DNA of 64,000 bases from an uncultured Planctomycetota bacterium. Lineage in GTDB: Bacteria > Planctomycetota > Planctomycetia > Isosphaerales > Isosphaeraceae. The stretch is taken from assembly GCA_963845755.1 (NCBI GenBank), contig CAWJTV010000007.1:1-64000 (forward strand). The letters run 5' to 3'. The notes below the pieces were generated by a model. It did not search any database. It was given only the letters and a program-made list of their open reading frames with translations, and was not told where the DNA came from. The position numbers and the translations under genes were made by a program. This document shows, in pieces, positions 33,129 to 43,429 of the stretch; the stretch's first letter is position 1, and every line of letters begins with the position of its first letter.

Positions 33129-34817
33129 ATGGCGAAAACCAGGTCGAGAAGTGCGCCGAAAAGTCGGCGGCGTAAGCGGTCACGGGTGGCGCCCCCCGTT
33201 GACAGATGCGGCGCGCCGCCGGGGTTGACCCCGCGTGACCCGACTCGCGGAGTCGTTGACGCGGCCATCGAGCCCTGGCAGATCGTCGACGCCGAGCCCC
33301 CTCGAATTTCAACCGGCGCCGAACCAACCGCGGGGCGGAACTCCGACGCGTTCCCGACGGCAGACCAATTGGAGGCGATCGAGACGCGGATCGCGGCGCA
33401 CCTCCAAAGGATTCGAAAAGCCTTCCGCATCGCGATCGACGAGCGGATCGCCGTAGGTAAGTGCCTCGGGGAGGCGAAGAGGATTTGCGAGCACGGTCGA
33501 TGGCTCGCCTTTCTGAAGCGATTCGGCCTCAACGATCGCACGGCCCAGGAGTGGATGCGCTTCGCTGAGCATGAGGCGCTCATCAAGGAAAAAACGCACG
33601 GTCGTGCGGATTTGACGGTCGAGGCCGTGCGGAAGATGCTGCCTTCCTCGAGGAAGGCGACCGGTCAAGGACGAAAGACGGGGTCGGCCAACGGCTCGGG
33701 CCCGGGCTGCGGCGGTGCACGCGATCGCACCCCTGATGACGGGGCTGGCTCGACGATCGGAGCGGGGGATCGACGCGACGCGACGACCGGGGCCTCCGCG
33801 GACGCCCCGCAGGGTTCCGACGCGAATCCGGCTACCGATGGGCCGGACGAAACTGTAGCGACGGATGCGTCGGAAGGGCCGGCGAGCGAGTCCCTGTGCG
33901 ACGGCGACTGCGGCGACGGGGGCCGTCCCGCCGACGCAACGGGCAAGGATGCCAGGACGGGGGACGAGACCGCTTTGGGGCCGGAAACGGCATGCCGTGG
34001 CGACGCCGCCCGGTCGAAGGCCGACGACGATGGGGAGTCGGTCGCAACTACGGCGGGATCGCCCGAGGAGACGGTCCACCGCCATGCGGCGTCGGAACGG
34101 TGTGATGCACCGGCAACGGGAAATCCGAAGGCGCCTCCCGATCGGGGTGGCGACAACGCACGCGACGGCGTCGGGGAGTCCGCGGCGGCCACGACCGGTG
34201 GGCCGGAACGGGCGCATGCCGGCTCCTCGTCGTGGGCCGAGGAGCTGTCGCTCGAGGACGTCCCGCTTCGCGACCAGCTCGCCGATCCCACCATCTTCGA
34301 CGCCCTGGCGAGACTCGAGCATCTGGCCAGGCCCCACTTCGCGGTCCTGGAGAAGCTCCTCGACGATGCGACGATTCAGTGGCATCTGAAGAACGCGGAG
34401 TTCAGGGCCCTGTCGATCGCAGTCCTGATCCACCGGCTGGTCAGTGTCCCCTCTTGCAAGTCGTGGATCCTCTGCTGGCGATGCCACGGCAATGGAAAGG
34501 CGGCCGGGGGGAATGCCTGCATGACTTGCGGGGCGCGGGCTGCACCTTCCAATAGCCTCAAATGTCCTCGCCCAGCCGCCTGGCATGTCCGCGGCCGTCG
34601 TTTCCGTCGCAGGTTGGCCCGCGCATGGGCCATCGCCGTATCGGGGCTCTGCCAGCAGGGGGCACGACACACCATCGTCCTTGCGGCCCTTCCCCGGCCT
34701 GATCGGCCGGTTCGTAAGGATCCGGTTGAACGGTCGTGCCGGCGGCGGAGAAGCGTCATGGACAGGCGAGTATCGACAGGCGCCCTCGAGGCAAATGGGG
34801 CGTCGGTGAACGAGTGA
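33129..34817 (+). CDS. DUF3102 domain protein with a C-terminal Cys cluster (3' end probably frameshifted, true stop ~34555)
   Basis: IAVGKCLGEAKRICEHGRWLAFLKRFGLNDRTAQEWMRFA; CWRCHGNG...CMTCG. Confidence 0.75.
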   Translation: MAKTRSRSAPKSRRRKRSRVAPPVDRCGAPPGLTPRDPTRGVVDAAIEPWQIVDAEPPRISTGAEPTAGRNSDAFPTADQLEAIETRIAAHLQRIRKAFRIAIDERIAVGKCLGEAKRICEHGRWLAFLKRFGLNDRTAQEWMRFAEHEALIKEKTHGRADLTVEAVRKMLPSSRKATGQGRKTGSANGSGPGCGGARDRTPDDGAGSTIGAGDRRDATTGASADAPQGSDANPATDGPDETVATDASEGPASESLCDGDCGDGGRPADATGKDARTGDETALGPETACRGDAARSKADDDGESVATTAGSPEETVHRHAASERCDAPATGNPKAPPDRGGDNARDGVGESAAATTGGPERAHAGSSSWAEELSLEDVPLRDQLADPTIFDALARLEHLARPHFAVLEKLLDDATIQWHLKNAEFRALSIAVLIHRLVSVPSCKSWILCWRCHGNGKAAGGNACMTCGARAAPSNSLKCPRPAAWHVRGRRFRRRLARAWAIAVSGLCQQGARHTIVLAALPRPDRPVRKDPVERSCRRRRSVMDRRVSTGALEANGASVNE

Positions 34818-34986
34818 CGGAGAGCGGCCCGGGGGGATAAGTGGCCTCAAAGGCCGTACACGCCGACGCCCGGGGACGTGGAGGATGAAAAGAGATGTGC
34901 CCCCGATCGATGAATGGGGACAGGGCGGGCTCGACCTGCCAAGGTCCGGATGCGGCCCTCGACCTCGTCCCTGGATCCCACCGCGC

Positions 34987-35575
34987 TCAGGTGGCGTAAT
35001 GGTCGACGACCTTGCCGATGGCCGCGGCCCCGCTACGGAGGTATCCCTCGGTCATCACCTCGTAGATCGTCACGCGGACGCACTTCCTCAGAATCGCCTC
35101 GGCCGCCGGGCAGGAGACCCGGGTGTAGTCCATCGCGGTCAGGCCCATCTCCTTGATTGGCCACCGCCCCGCGTAGAACCAGTGCCTCCGGGAGACCGGG
35201 TTCCCGTAGAGCGGCACCGGGACCTATCCCGCCGCGGCCGGCACCCCCTCGGCGACCAGCGCCCGGACCAGATCGGCCCGGTCGCAGGGGAAGGTTTCGG
35301 GGCGGACCGTCAGCATGCAGAACCAGTATGAGCGACTGTCAACTGGGCGGACCCGCAGCCGCTCGATGCCCGCCAGGCCGGCGATCTCGTCGTTCAGCAG
35401 TTCGCACAGCCGGCTTCTCCTCTCCGTGATCGACTCGACCCGCTCGAGTTGGGCAGCGGCGACCGCCACCTGCGGCTCGCACATCAGATAATTCGTGGCG
35501 AAGGTCGAGATGAGGCCCCTCTCGCCGAGCCGTTCGATCCCAATGTCGCCGAACCGATCGAGGCGCCGGCCGTCG
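34987..35575 (-). pseudogene. C-terminal fragment of a DegT/DnrJ/EryC1/StrS aminotransferase
   Basis: TNYLMCEPQVAVAAAQLER, LVRALVAEGVP, CPAAEAIL; the N-terminal half is missing. Confidence 0.75.
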
Positions 35576-35813
35576 GGAGATCCATGAGCGGCAGAGTGAG
35601 GACACCTCTGATCCCTCATTCCAAGTGGCTTCGGTGTCGTCGGACCGAAGCTCGCTAATGCAGTGGGCGCTCCGGGACCGCGGGCTCGGCCGTCTCGACC
35701 AAGGTCTCCGTCGGGTCGGATTCGACCAGGCCGGGCCGGCGGCTCGGGGCCGTAACTCGGGTCGAGTCCGGTCGGGCGTCCGGGCGGCGGACGCCACCGG
35801 CCAGACCGGGTCG

Positions 35814-38351
35814 TCACAGGCGGATCACCCGCCCGGTGATGTTGCCACCCTGGTTGCGCTTGACCTCGGTGCCGATCAGGACCACTGGCTGGCCCGCGGC
35901 GTCGGCGTAAATCCCACCTCCGGCGGAAGCGACGTTGTCGTCGACGGTGCAGAAGACCAGCGCGGCCGTCCCGCTGTTGAACAGGCCGCCGCCGTCCGTC
36001 CCCGCAAAGTTGCCCGAGAGGTCGCTCAGGATCAAGTCCAGCGCCCCGGTGTTGAAGATCCCGCCGCCGTCGCCCCAGGCGGCGTTGCCATCGATCGACG
36101 AGCCGAGGATCACGGCGGCCCCCGAGTTGGCGATCCCGCCGCCGTCCGCCGCCGCGTTGCCGACGATGGCGTCTCTGGACAGGGTGACCGTGCCGAGGTT
36201 GAGCAGCCCACCGCCGTCGTCCGATGTGACGCCGCCAGTGATCGTCAGGCCGGAGAGGACCGCCGAGGCGCCCTGGTCGACCTGGAAGACGCGGTCCGCC
36301 CCGCCCCCGCTGACGGCCAGCCTGCCGAGTCCGGGGCCGAAGATGGCAACCGGCCCGGTGGCGTTGCTCAATTCGAGCGGGCCGTCAGCCAGGGTGATGA
36401 CCGACTTCCTGGTGAAGGCCGATCTGTCGAAGGTGATGGTGGCACCGCCAGTGAGCACGTCGGCGAGATTGACGGCCTGGCGGAGACTGAGTTCTCCCGG
36501 GGGCGAGCCGAGCCCGTCGATCGCCGTGTTGACGACCAGCGGGCCGACGTGCGATTGAAAGGCGCCGAGGTTGACCGGGTTGTCCAGCGGAAAGCCGCGC
36601 TGGTCGGTGGTCACCCCGGCGACGGGGGTGCCGGCGTGGCGGGCCGGGCTGTTGGGCTGGAGGGCCATGGTCTCGGTCGGTCCGCCGTAGTCGCCCAGCG
36701 GGGCAAGCCCGGGGTTGGCGACGTTGAGCAGGTTGTGGCCGGCCGCCGTGAGCCCGCCCGAGCCGCCGGTGCCGACCAAGTTATAGGTGCCCGTGACGTC
36801 GCCGGGGTCGGTGCCGCCGATGTCGCCGGCGGCGCCTCCGATCCCGGTCGTATTACCGGCGACGATCGTGTCGGTCAGCGTCGTCCTGGACGTGTAGACC
36901 GGGCTGCTGTAGTTGTCGATGCCGCCCCCCTGCGGGGCTGAGTTGCCGCTGACCGTGCAGGCGACGAGGGATGCGGTGCCGTAGTTGAACACGCCGCCCC
37001 CCGCCGCGGCCGAGTTGCCGCTGATCGTGCAGTTGGTGAGCGTCGCCATGCCATCGATCCCCACGCCGCCGCCGTAGCCGTTGCTGCCCGCGGCGGTGTT
37101 GTCGCTGATCGTACAGCCGGTGATCGTCGCCTCGGCACCACCGCTGACCTGCACGCCGCCACCGGGAGAATCCGGATACGTGACGGCATTGCCGCTGATC
37201 GTACAGCCGGTGATCGTCGCCGTGGAACTGTATTCGACATCCACGCCGCCGGCGTAGATGAGCCCGGTGTTGCCGGTGATCGTACAGCCGGCGATCGTCA
37301 CCTTGCCGGTGACGTTCAGGCCGCCTCCGTAGAGCCCGGTGTTGCCGCTGATGGTGCAGCCGGTGATCGTCGTATCGACGGGGAAGCGCGACAACACGCC
37401 GGTCTCGGAGTTGTTCTCTACCGTGCAGTCGGTGAGCGTGAAGCCGTTGCCGTATTGAACGCCGATGCCACTGCCGTCGTTGCCGTCGATGGAGCAATCG
37501 GTCAGCGTCAGCGTGTTGCCTTGTTGCATATAGACCCCGCCGGCGGAGCCCGACTCGCAGGTGTTGCCGGAGACGGAGCAGTCGGTGAGAGTCGCTGTGG
37601 CGCTGTTGAAGATCCCTCCGCCGCCGTTGTCACTGGTATTGCCGCTCAGCGTACAGTTTGCGAGGGTCATGGTGGCGGAACCTGGCACGACGCTCTGGCT
37701 ACCATTGGACAGGCCGCCTCCGATGAAAGCGGAATTGCCGGTGACGGTGCAATCCGTCATCGTCAGCGAAGCGTTGCTCGAAGGGGAGTTGAAGATCCCA
37801 CCTCCCAGGGCGGCGGCGTCGTTGTCGCTGACCGTGTCATCGGTGAGCGTGACCGCTCCCTGGTTGTACAGGCCGCCGCCTTCGTTGAGGATGCTGAGGC
37901 TGTAGTTGCCGTCAGGGTCCGAGACGCTCCCGCCGCGGATGGTCAGGCCCGAGATCGTCGCCTGGACGCCCGGGTCGATCTGGAAGACCCGACCGTTCTG
38001 GTCGCCGTCGATGGCGAGCTGACCCGCCCCCGGCCCGTCGATCGTGACCGCGGCGGTGTTGCTCAACTCGAGCTGGCCCGAGGTCAGCGTGATCGCCGTC
38101 TCTCCCGGTGACAGATCGAACTCGATCTTGACCGCCTTGGGGGAATGGTTGGCGATGTTGACGGCGGCGCGGAGAGTGCCCGGGCCGGAATCCGCCGGGT
38201 TGGTGACCGGGATCACCTTCGACAGCAGCTGCCGGTCTTCGAGTGCGAGGACCACCGGCCTGGCCCCGCACCGGCGCCCGCCGCGGGGGTGAAACTTTCC
38301 CGTCAAGTTGACACGCTCTCCTCGCCGGGACCAACTGAGAAGGCTCTTCAT
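35814..38351 (-). CDS. secreted right-handed beta-helix repeat protein with planctomycete LEDRxLLS motif and choice-of-anchor-Q-like segment
   Basis: LEDRQLLS, repeated T(L/I)T(G/D)CTISGN...GGG, LAPLGDYGGPTETMAL...TDQRG. Confidence 0.85.
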   Translation of the reverse strand: MKSLLSWSRRGERVNLTGKFHPRGGRRCGARPVVLALEDRQLLSKVIPVTNPADSGPGTLRAAVNIANHSPKAVKIEFDLSPGETAITLTSGQLELSNTAAVTIDGPGAGQLAIDGDQNGRVFQIDPGVQATISGLTIRGGSVSDPDGNYSLSILNEGGGLYNQGAVTLTDDTVSDNDAAALGGGIFNSPSSNASLTMTDCTVTGNSAFIGGGLSNGSQSVVPGSATMTLANCTLSGNTSDNGGGGIFNSATATLTDCSVSGNTCESGSAGGVYMQQGNTLTLTDCSIDGNDGSGIGVQYGNGFTLTDCTVENNSETGVLSRFPVDTTITGCTISGNTGLYGGGLNVTGKVTIAGCTITGNTGLIYAGGVDVEYSSTATITGCTISGNAVTYPDSPGGGVQVSGGAEATITGCTISDNTAAGSNGYGGGVGIDGMATLTNCTISGNSAAAGGGVFNYGTASLVACTVSGNSAPQGGGIDNYSSPVYTSRTTLTDTIVAGNTTGIGGAAGDIGGTDPGDVTGTYNLVGTGGSGGLTAAGHNLLNVANPGLAPLGDYGGPTETMALQPNSPARHAGTPVAGVTTDQRGFPLDNPVNLGAFQSHVGPLVVNTAIDGLGSPPGELSLRQAVNLADVLTGGATITFDRSAFTRKSVITLADGPLELSNATGPVAIFGPGLGRLAVSGGGADRVFQVDQGASAVLSGLTITGGVTSDDGGGLLNLGTVTLSRDAIVGNAAADGGGIANSGAAVILGSSIDGNAAWGDGGGIFNTGALDLILSDLSGNFAGTDGGGLFNSGTAALVFCTVDDNVASAGGGIYADAAGQPVVLIGTEVKRNQGGNITGRVIRL

Positions 38352-38744
38352 CGGATTGCTCCTGGAGGGTTAATCAACGAACGTTCAACAACCGAGCCGC
38401 TGATCCGAGGATCGCAGGCGCACCACGTCCGCTCCGGTCGTGGATCGCCACGCGGTCCATGCGGCCTGCATCCCGATTTCGACTAACGTCAGGGCGGGCC
38501 GGCCTGTGGGCCGCTCGCGCCGGCTTGCGCCGTCACTCCCGGGCCTCATCCGGTCCAAGGCCTCAAAGGGCCGAGCTACCCGCGCCTGGGCGTCATCCCG
38601 TTCCGGGTCGGGGCGCTCGAGAAAGCGACCCGCCGGCCGAGGGCCGTCAGACGGGTTTCGACGGCCCTCGGGAAGATCGTGTTGACCGGGGGATCCGAGT
38701 CGGCCGGGTTCTACCCCGCGGCGACGCGATCGGTCCCACCTCAT

Positions 38745-39152
38745 AATGCGAGAATCGGCGACCGCCTGCACGCCAGAAAAGGAAATCTCCTGGAGATCGC
38801 CCGGCCGCCGGGAGAGCCGGGCGCGGGCGAGGGCCCGGAGGCGGTCGGCGGCCCGGCGGCCGGTCGCCAGCGAATCGGCCGCCTGCCGCCGGCTCCTGCC
38901 GGCGAAGTGGCGGACCTTGACCGGGGAAAGGCCGATCGTCGCGCCGCTCCGGTTCGGTCAGGGCCTCGTCGAGGGCGAGCGAGAGGTCGGGCCGACCCTC
39001 GACGTCCGCCGGGGATCCGTCGATGTCGAGCCTCCGGAGCGCTTCCCCGGCCTTCAGCGACCCTGCCCGCGGGCGCGGTCGAAGAGGATGCGCCGCATCG
39101 CCTCCGCGGCCTCGAAGAAGCGGGTCCGGCCGCGAGAGGGCCGACCGGGGGT
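38745..39152 (-). pseudogene. decayed copy of the ECF sigma factor 3' half plus its downstream flank
   Basis: Aligns to 42545-42968 (FFEAAEAMRRIL, GRPDLSLALDEAL, shared AATGCGAGAATCGGC flank). Confidence 0.8.
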
Positions 39153-39223
39153 CGTACCCGATTGATGGGGAGGCCACCTCGAGCCCGCCTCTCGTCCCGT
39201 CGGCGGGTTGTCGAACCTGCCCC

Positions 39224-42200
39224 TCACCGGGCGAAGACGTCGGCGGGCAGGTCGGCCAGGCCGAGCCGCGCGGCCCACCGGGCCGCGTCCGCGGGCTTGC
39301 CCCAGGCCCGGTAGAGATCGATAGCGCGCCCTCCGGCCTCGTTCAGTTCGCCCCGGAGGGTCGCGGCGGTAGTCGCCTCTCGGGCCTTCATCCCCTCGTA
39401 GCCGGCGACGACCAGAGGCTCGGCCTCGGCGTACCGGCCCTGGACCAACAATGCCTCGCCGAGCACGCTGGCGGTGAGATAACGCGGCCGGGAGCCGGGC
39501 ATCACCTTGGCGTAGATCGCCAGGCACTCGCGGAGCGGCGGCTCGGCCTCCGAACCCTTCCCCTGCTTCAGCAGGTTGCGGCCGAGGTTGAAGAGATCAT
39601 TGGCCAGCCCGGTGTTGTCGGGTTTCGACTTCGCCCGGCTGCGGGCCAGGTTCTTGCGGAAGAGGGCCTCCGCGTCGGCCAGGCGGTTGAGGGACTGGTA
39701 GATGTTGCCGAGGAGGATGCGGTTATAGAGCGTGTCGGCGTGGTCCGGGCCGGACTTCGCCTCGCGCCGCCTGAGCGTCGCCTCGAGGATCGGGACCGCC
39801 TCTGCGGGCCGGCCGGCGAGCCGGTAGGCGCTCGCGAGTTCGGTGCGGTTCGTGAGCGTGTCGGGGTGGTCCGGGCCGAGCTTCGCTTCCCGCTGCTTCA
39901 GGGTCGCCTCGAGGATCGGGATCGCCTTCGCGGCCCGGCCGGCGAACCGGTAGGCGCTCGCGAGTTGGATGCGTTTGGTGAGCGTGTCGAGGTGGTCCGG
40001 GCCGAGCTTCGCTTCGAACTGCTTCACCATGGACTCGAGGATCGGGATCGCCTCGCCGGCCCGGCCGGCGAGCTGGTACATGAACGCGAGGTTGCCGCGG
40101 CTGCCGATCGTGTCGGGATGGTCCGGCCCGAGCTTCGCCTCGAGCAGCCTCAGCGTCGCCTCGTGGGTCTTGACCGAATCGCCGTGCCGGCCGGCGGACA
40201 GGTAGGCGATGGCGAGGTTGTTGCGGCTGGCGAGCGTGCTGGGGTGGTCCGGCCCGAGCTTCGCCTCCTTCTGCTTCAGGGTCGCCTCGAGGATCGGGAC
40301 CGCCTCCGGGGCCCGGCCGGAGGCCCGGTAGGCGATGGCGAGGTCGTTGCGGCTGGAGAGCGTTTTGACGTGGTCCGGCCCATACTTCGCCTCCGTCTGC
40401 CTCAGGTTCGCCTCGAGGATCGGGATCGCCTCGCCGTCCCGGCCGGCGATATGGTAGGCGAGGGCCAGAGAGCCCCGCATCGAGATGGTCAGCTCCGGGT
40501 CGATGTCGGGTCTCGCCTCGCAGGCCGCCAGCGCCGCCGTCAGCAGCGGGATCGCCTCCGCGGCCCGGCCGTTCTCCGCGTAGCGCCGGAGCAGGGAATC
40601 TCGAGTCCTCAGCGTGTCGGGATCGTCGAGGCCCAACGCCGATGTCTGCCGGCCCAGGACCTCCTCCATCAGCGACTCCCCCTCGGCCCGTCTCCCGGCA
40701 TCCCAGATCGACCGGGCCCATCGGGACGCGCTGGAGAGCGCCTCGCGGCTCGACGACCCCAGGGCCGCCTCGCGGGCCGCCCGCGCCTTGCGGTGGGCCT
40801 CCTCGGCCTTCGGGCTGAGGCCCAGGCCGTCGTACGACCGGCCCAGGGCGTCGAGCAGGGCCCCCTGGGTCGCCTTCGAGCCGGCGAAGTCCTTGTCGAG
40901 CCCGGCCAGCGCCTGGTCGAGGATGTCTGCCACCTTCACGTCCCGGCCCTCGGTCGCTGGGTCGGGCTTCTTGAAGGCGTTGACGAGGAACTTGCCGACC
41001 GCCTCGGCCTGGTCGCGGGCCTGCTCCGCATCGGCCAGCCGGCTCGTGGCCAGCCGCTCGGCCGATCGGGCGGAGGGCCAGGTAGCCGCTCACCGCCGTC
41101 GCCGCCAGCAGCAGCGCCGCGAAGGCCGACGCCGACGCCAGCGCCCGGCGGTTCTTGCGGGCGAGCTTCCCCAGCCGGTACCGGCGCGACGGCGGGCACG
41201 CCTCGACCGCCTCGTCGGCGAGATAACGCTCGACGTCGAGGGCGAAGCCGCTGGCCGACTCGTATCGCCGCGCCCGGTCCTTCTCCAGCGCCCTCATCAC
41301 GATCCAGTCGAGCTCGCCGCGGACGAGCTTCCTCAGCCGCGCCGGCTCGGTGTGCCGCCGCGCCGCGATCGACGGCAGCGCCTCGCCCGAGTCCGACAGC
41401 CGCTTGCTCGGCCGCGGCGGCTCCTCCTCGCGGATCCGCCGGAGGATCTCGGCATAGCCCGCCTGGCGGAGCCGGGACCGCTCCAGCGGCGTCGAGCCGG
41501 TGAGCAGCTCATAGAGCAGCACGCCGAGCGAGAAGACGTCGCTGCGTGTGTTGACGTCCTGCGCGCTCAGCGCGGCCTGCTCGGGGCTCATGTACTCCAG
41601 CGTCCCGACGATGGCGCCGAACTGCGTGAACAGCGACCGCTCGGTGAGTCGCTGGCCGGTCGCTTTGGCGATGCCGAAGTCGATCACCTTGGGCGTCGGC
41701 CGGCCGTTGACGAGCGTGACCAGCACGTTCGACGGCTTGACATCGCGGTGGATGATCCCCTTCTGATGGGCGTGCTGGATCGCCCGGCAGACGGGCACGA
41801 ACAACTCCAGCCGCTCGCGGGGCGTGAGATGGGCTTCGTCGCAATACTCGGTGATCGGGACGCCCTTGACCAGCTCCATCACGAAGTAGGGCCGGCCGGT
41901 GCCGGTGGCGCCGGCGTCGAAGACCTTGGCGATGTTGGGATGGTCCATCAGGGCCAGGGCCTGGCGTTCGGCCTCGAAGCGGGCGACGACCTGGCCGGTG
42001 TCCATCCCGGGTTTGATGATCTTGAGCGCCACCTTGCGTCGGACGGGCGTCTCCTGCTCGGCCATGTAGACAACGCCCATGCCGCCTTCGCCGATCTGCT
42101 GGAGCAGCTTGTACGGCCCGATCCGGGAGCCCGGCCCCTCGGCGAGTGGGCGGTGGCCCGGTCCGTCGGGCGCGGGGCGCGTCCGCGACGAACTCCTGTG

Positions 42201-42507
42201 TCGGCTCGGCCGGCCGGGCGGCGGTCGCGGGGCCGTCGCCGGTCGCGGTGGCCGAGTCCACGGCCTCCTTCCCGGGCAGGGTCGAGGCCGCGCCGCTCTC
42301 CCCGGGCCGGACCTCGGCCAACCCCGGGGCGGGGTGATCCAGGAAGGTCCCGGCTTGTTCGTGCGCCATCAGGAGGGCCTGGACCTTGCGCCAGAGCTCG
42401 GCGTCATCCCCGCAGGCCCGATCCACGATGGTGGCGCGCTCGGCGGGCGAGCCGGCCTCGACGGCCCGCAGGAAGATCTCGTTGACGAGGGGATCCCAGT
42501 CGGCCAT
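39224..42507 (-). CDS. Ser/Thr protein kinase with C-terminal TPR repeats (frameshifted)
   Basis: [30 protein letters not shown]; 42-aa LGPDHPDTL repeats. Confidence 0.92.
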
Positions 42508-42592
42508 GTTGCCACCTCGGGGAGACGCGGTCGGTTCCCCCTCCAATGCGAGAATCGGCCACCACCTGCACGCGGAGGGCGGAAGAATCTCC

Positions 42593-43167
42593 TCAGGGCT
42601 CGCCCAGCCGCTGGAAGAGCCAGGCGCGGGCCAGGGCCCAGAGGCGGTCGGCGGCCCGGCGGCCGATCCCCAGCGAATCGGCAGCCTCCTGGTGGCTCAT
42701 GCCGGCGAAGTAGCGGAGCTTGACGAGCCGCGCGGCCGTCTCGTCGTGCCGCTCCAGTTCGGAGAGCGCCTCGTCGAGGGCGAGCGAGAGGTCGGGCCGT
42801 CCCTCGACGTCCGCCGGGAAGTCGTCGAAGTCGAGCCTCCGGAGCGCCCCCCGGCCTTGAGCGCCACCTTTCCGCGGGCGCGGTTGACGAGGATGCGGCG
42901 CATCGCCTCGGCGGCGGCGGCGAAGAAGTGGGCCCGGCCGTGCCAGGGCCGGCCGGGGTCGCCCCCGACCAGCCGGAGGTACGCCTCGTGGACCAGGGCG
43001 GTGGGCTGCAGCGTCTGCCCCGGCCTCTCGTGGGCCAGCCTCGAGGCGGCCAGCCGCCGCAGCTCGTCGTAGACCAGCGGCAGGAGGTCGCGGGCCGAAC
43101 GCGCTTCGCCCCGGCCGGGCGCTTCCGGGACGGGGGTGACCTCGGGGCGGTCGGACTCGTCGGGCAT
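42593..43167 (-). CDS. planctomycete-type ECF sigma-70 factor (frameshifted)
   Basis: LLPLVYDELRRLAA...TLQPTALVHEAYLRL...AMRRILV...LVKLRYFAG...WALARAWL. Confidence 0.92.
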
Positions 43168-43429
43168 CGTCGTCTCCTGACCTGGCCGAACGGGGCGGCT
43201 CGAACGACGCCGGGCGGCGCGCGCCGCGGGCGGCCGAGGCGGGCCCGGCCCGCGCGGAGTCCCGGGATCGCTCCCATGATGTCACCAACGTCGCGAAACA
43301 TCAAGGAGCCGGCCGGCCCTCCGGCGGTCGGTAATTCTCGAGCCGATCCCAATAGGCCGGAGCATCGATGACGTTCTGTGATGCGATGAGACAAGCGAGC
43401 GTTGGCGCGTCGGTATAATCGACGAATGG

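Noticed and set aside
39700..40460. 126-bp periodic repeats as a CRISPR or non-coding array
   Set aside because: They encode 42-aa TPR units of the kinase
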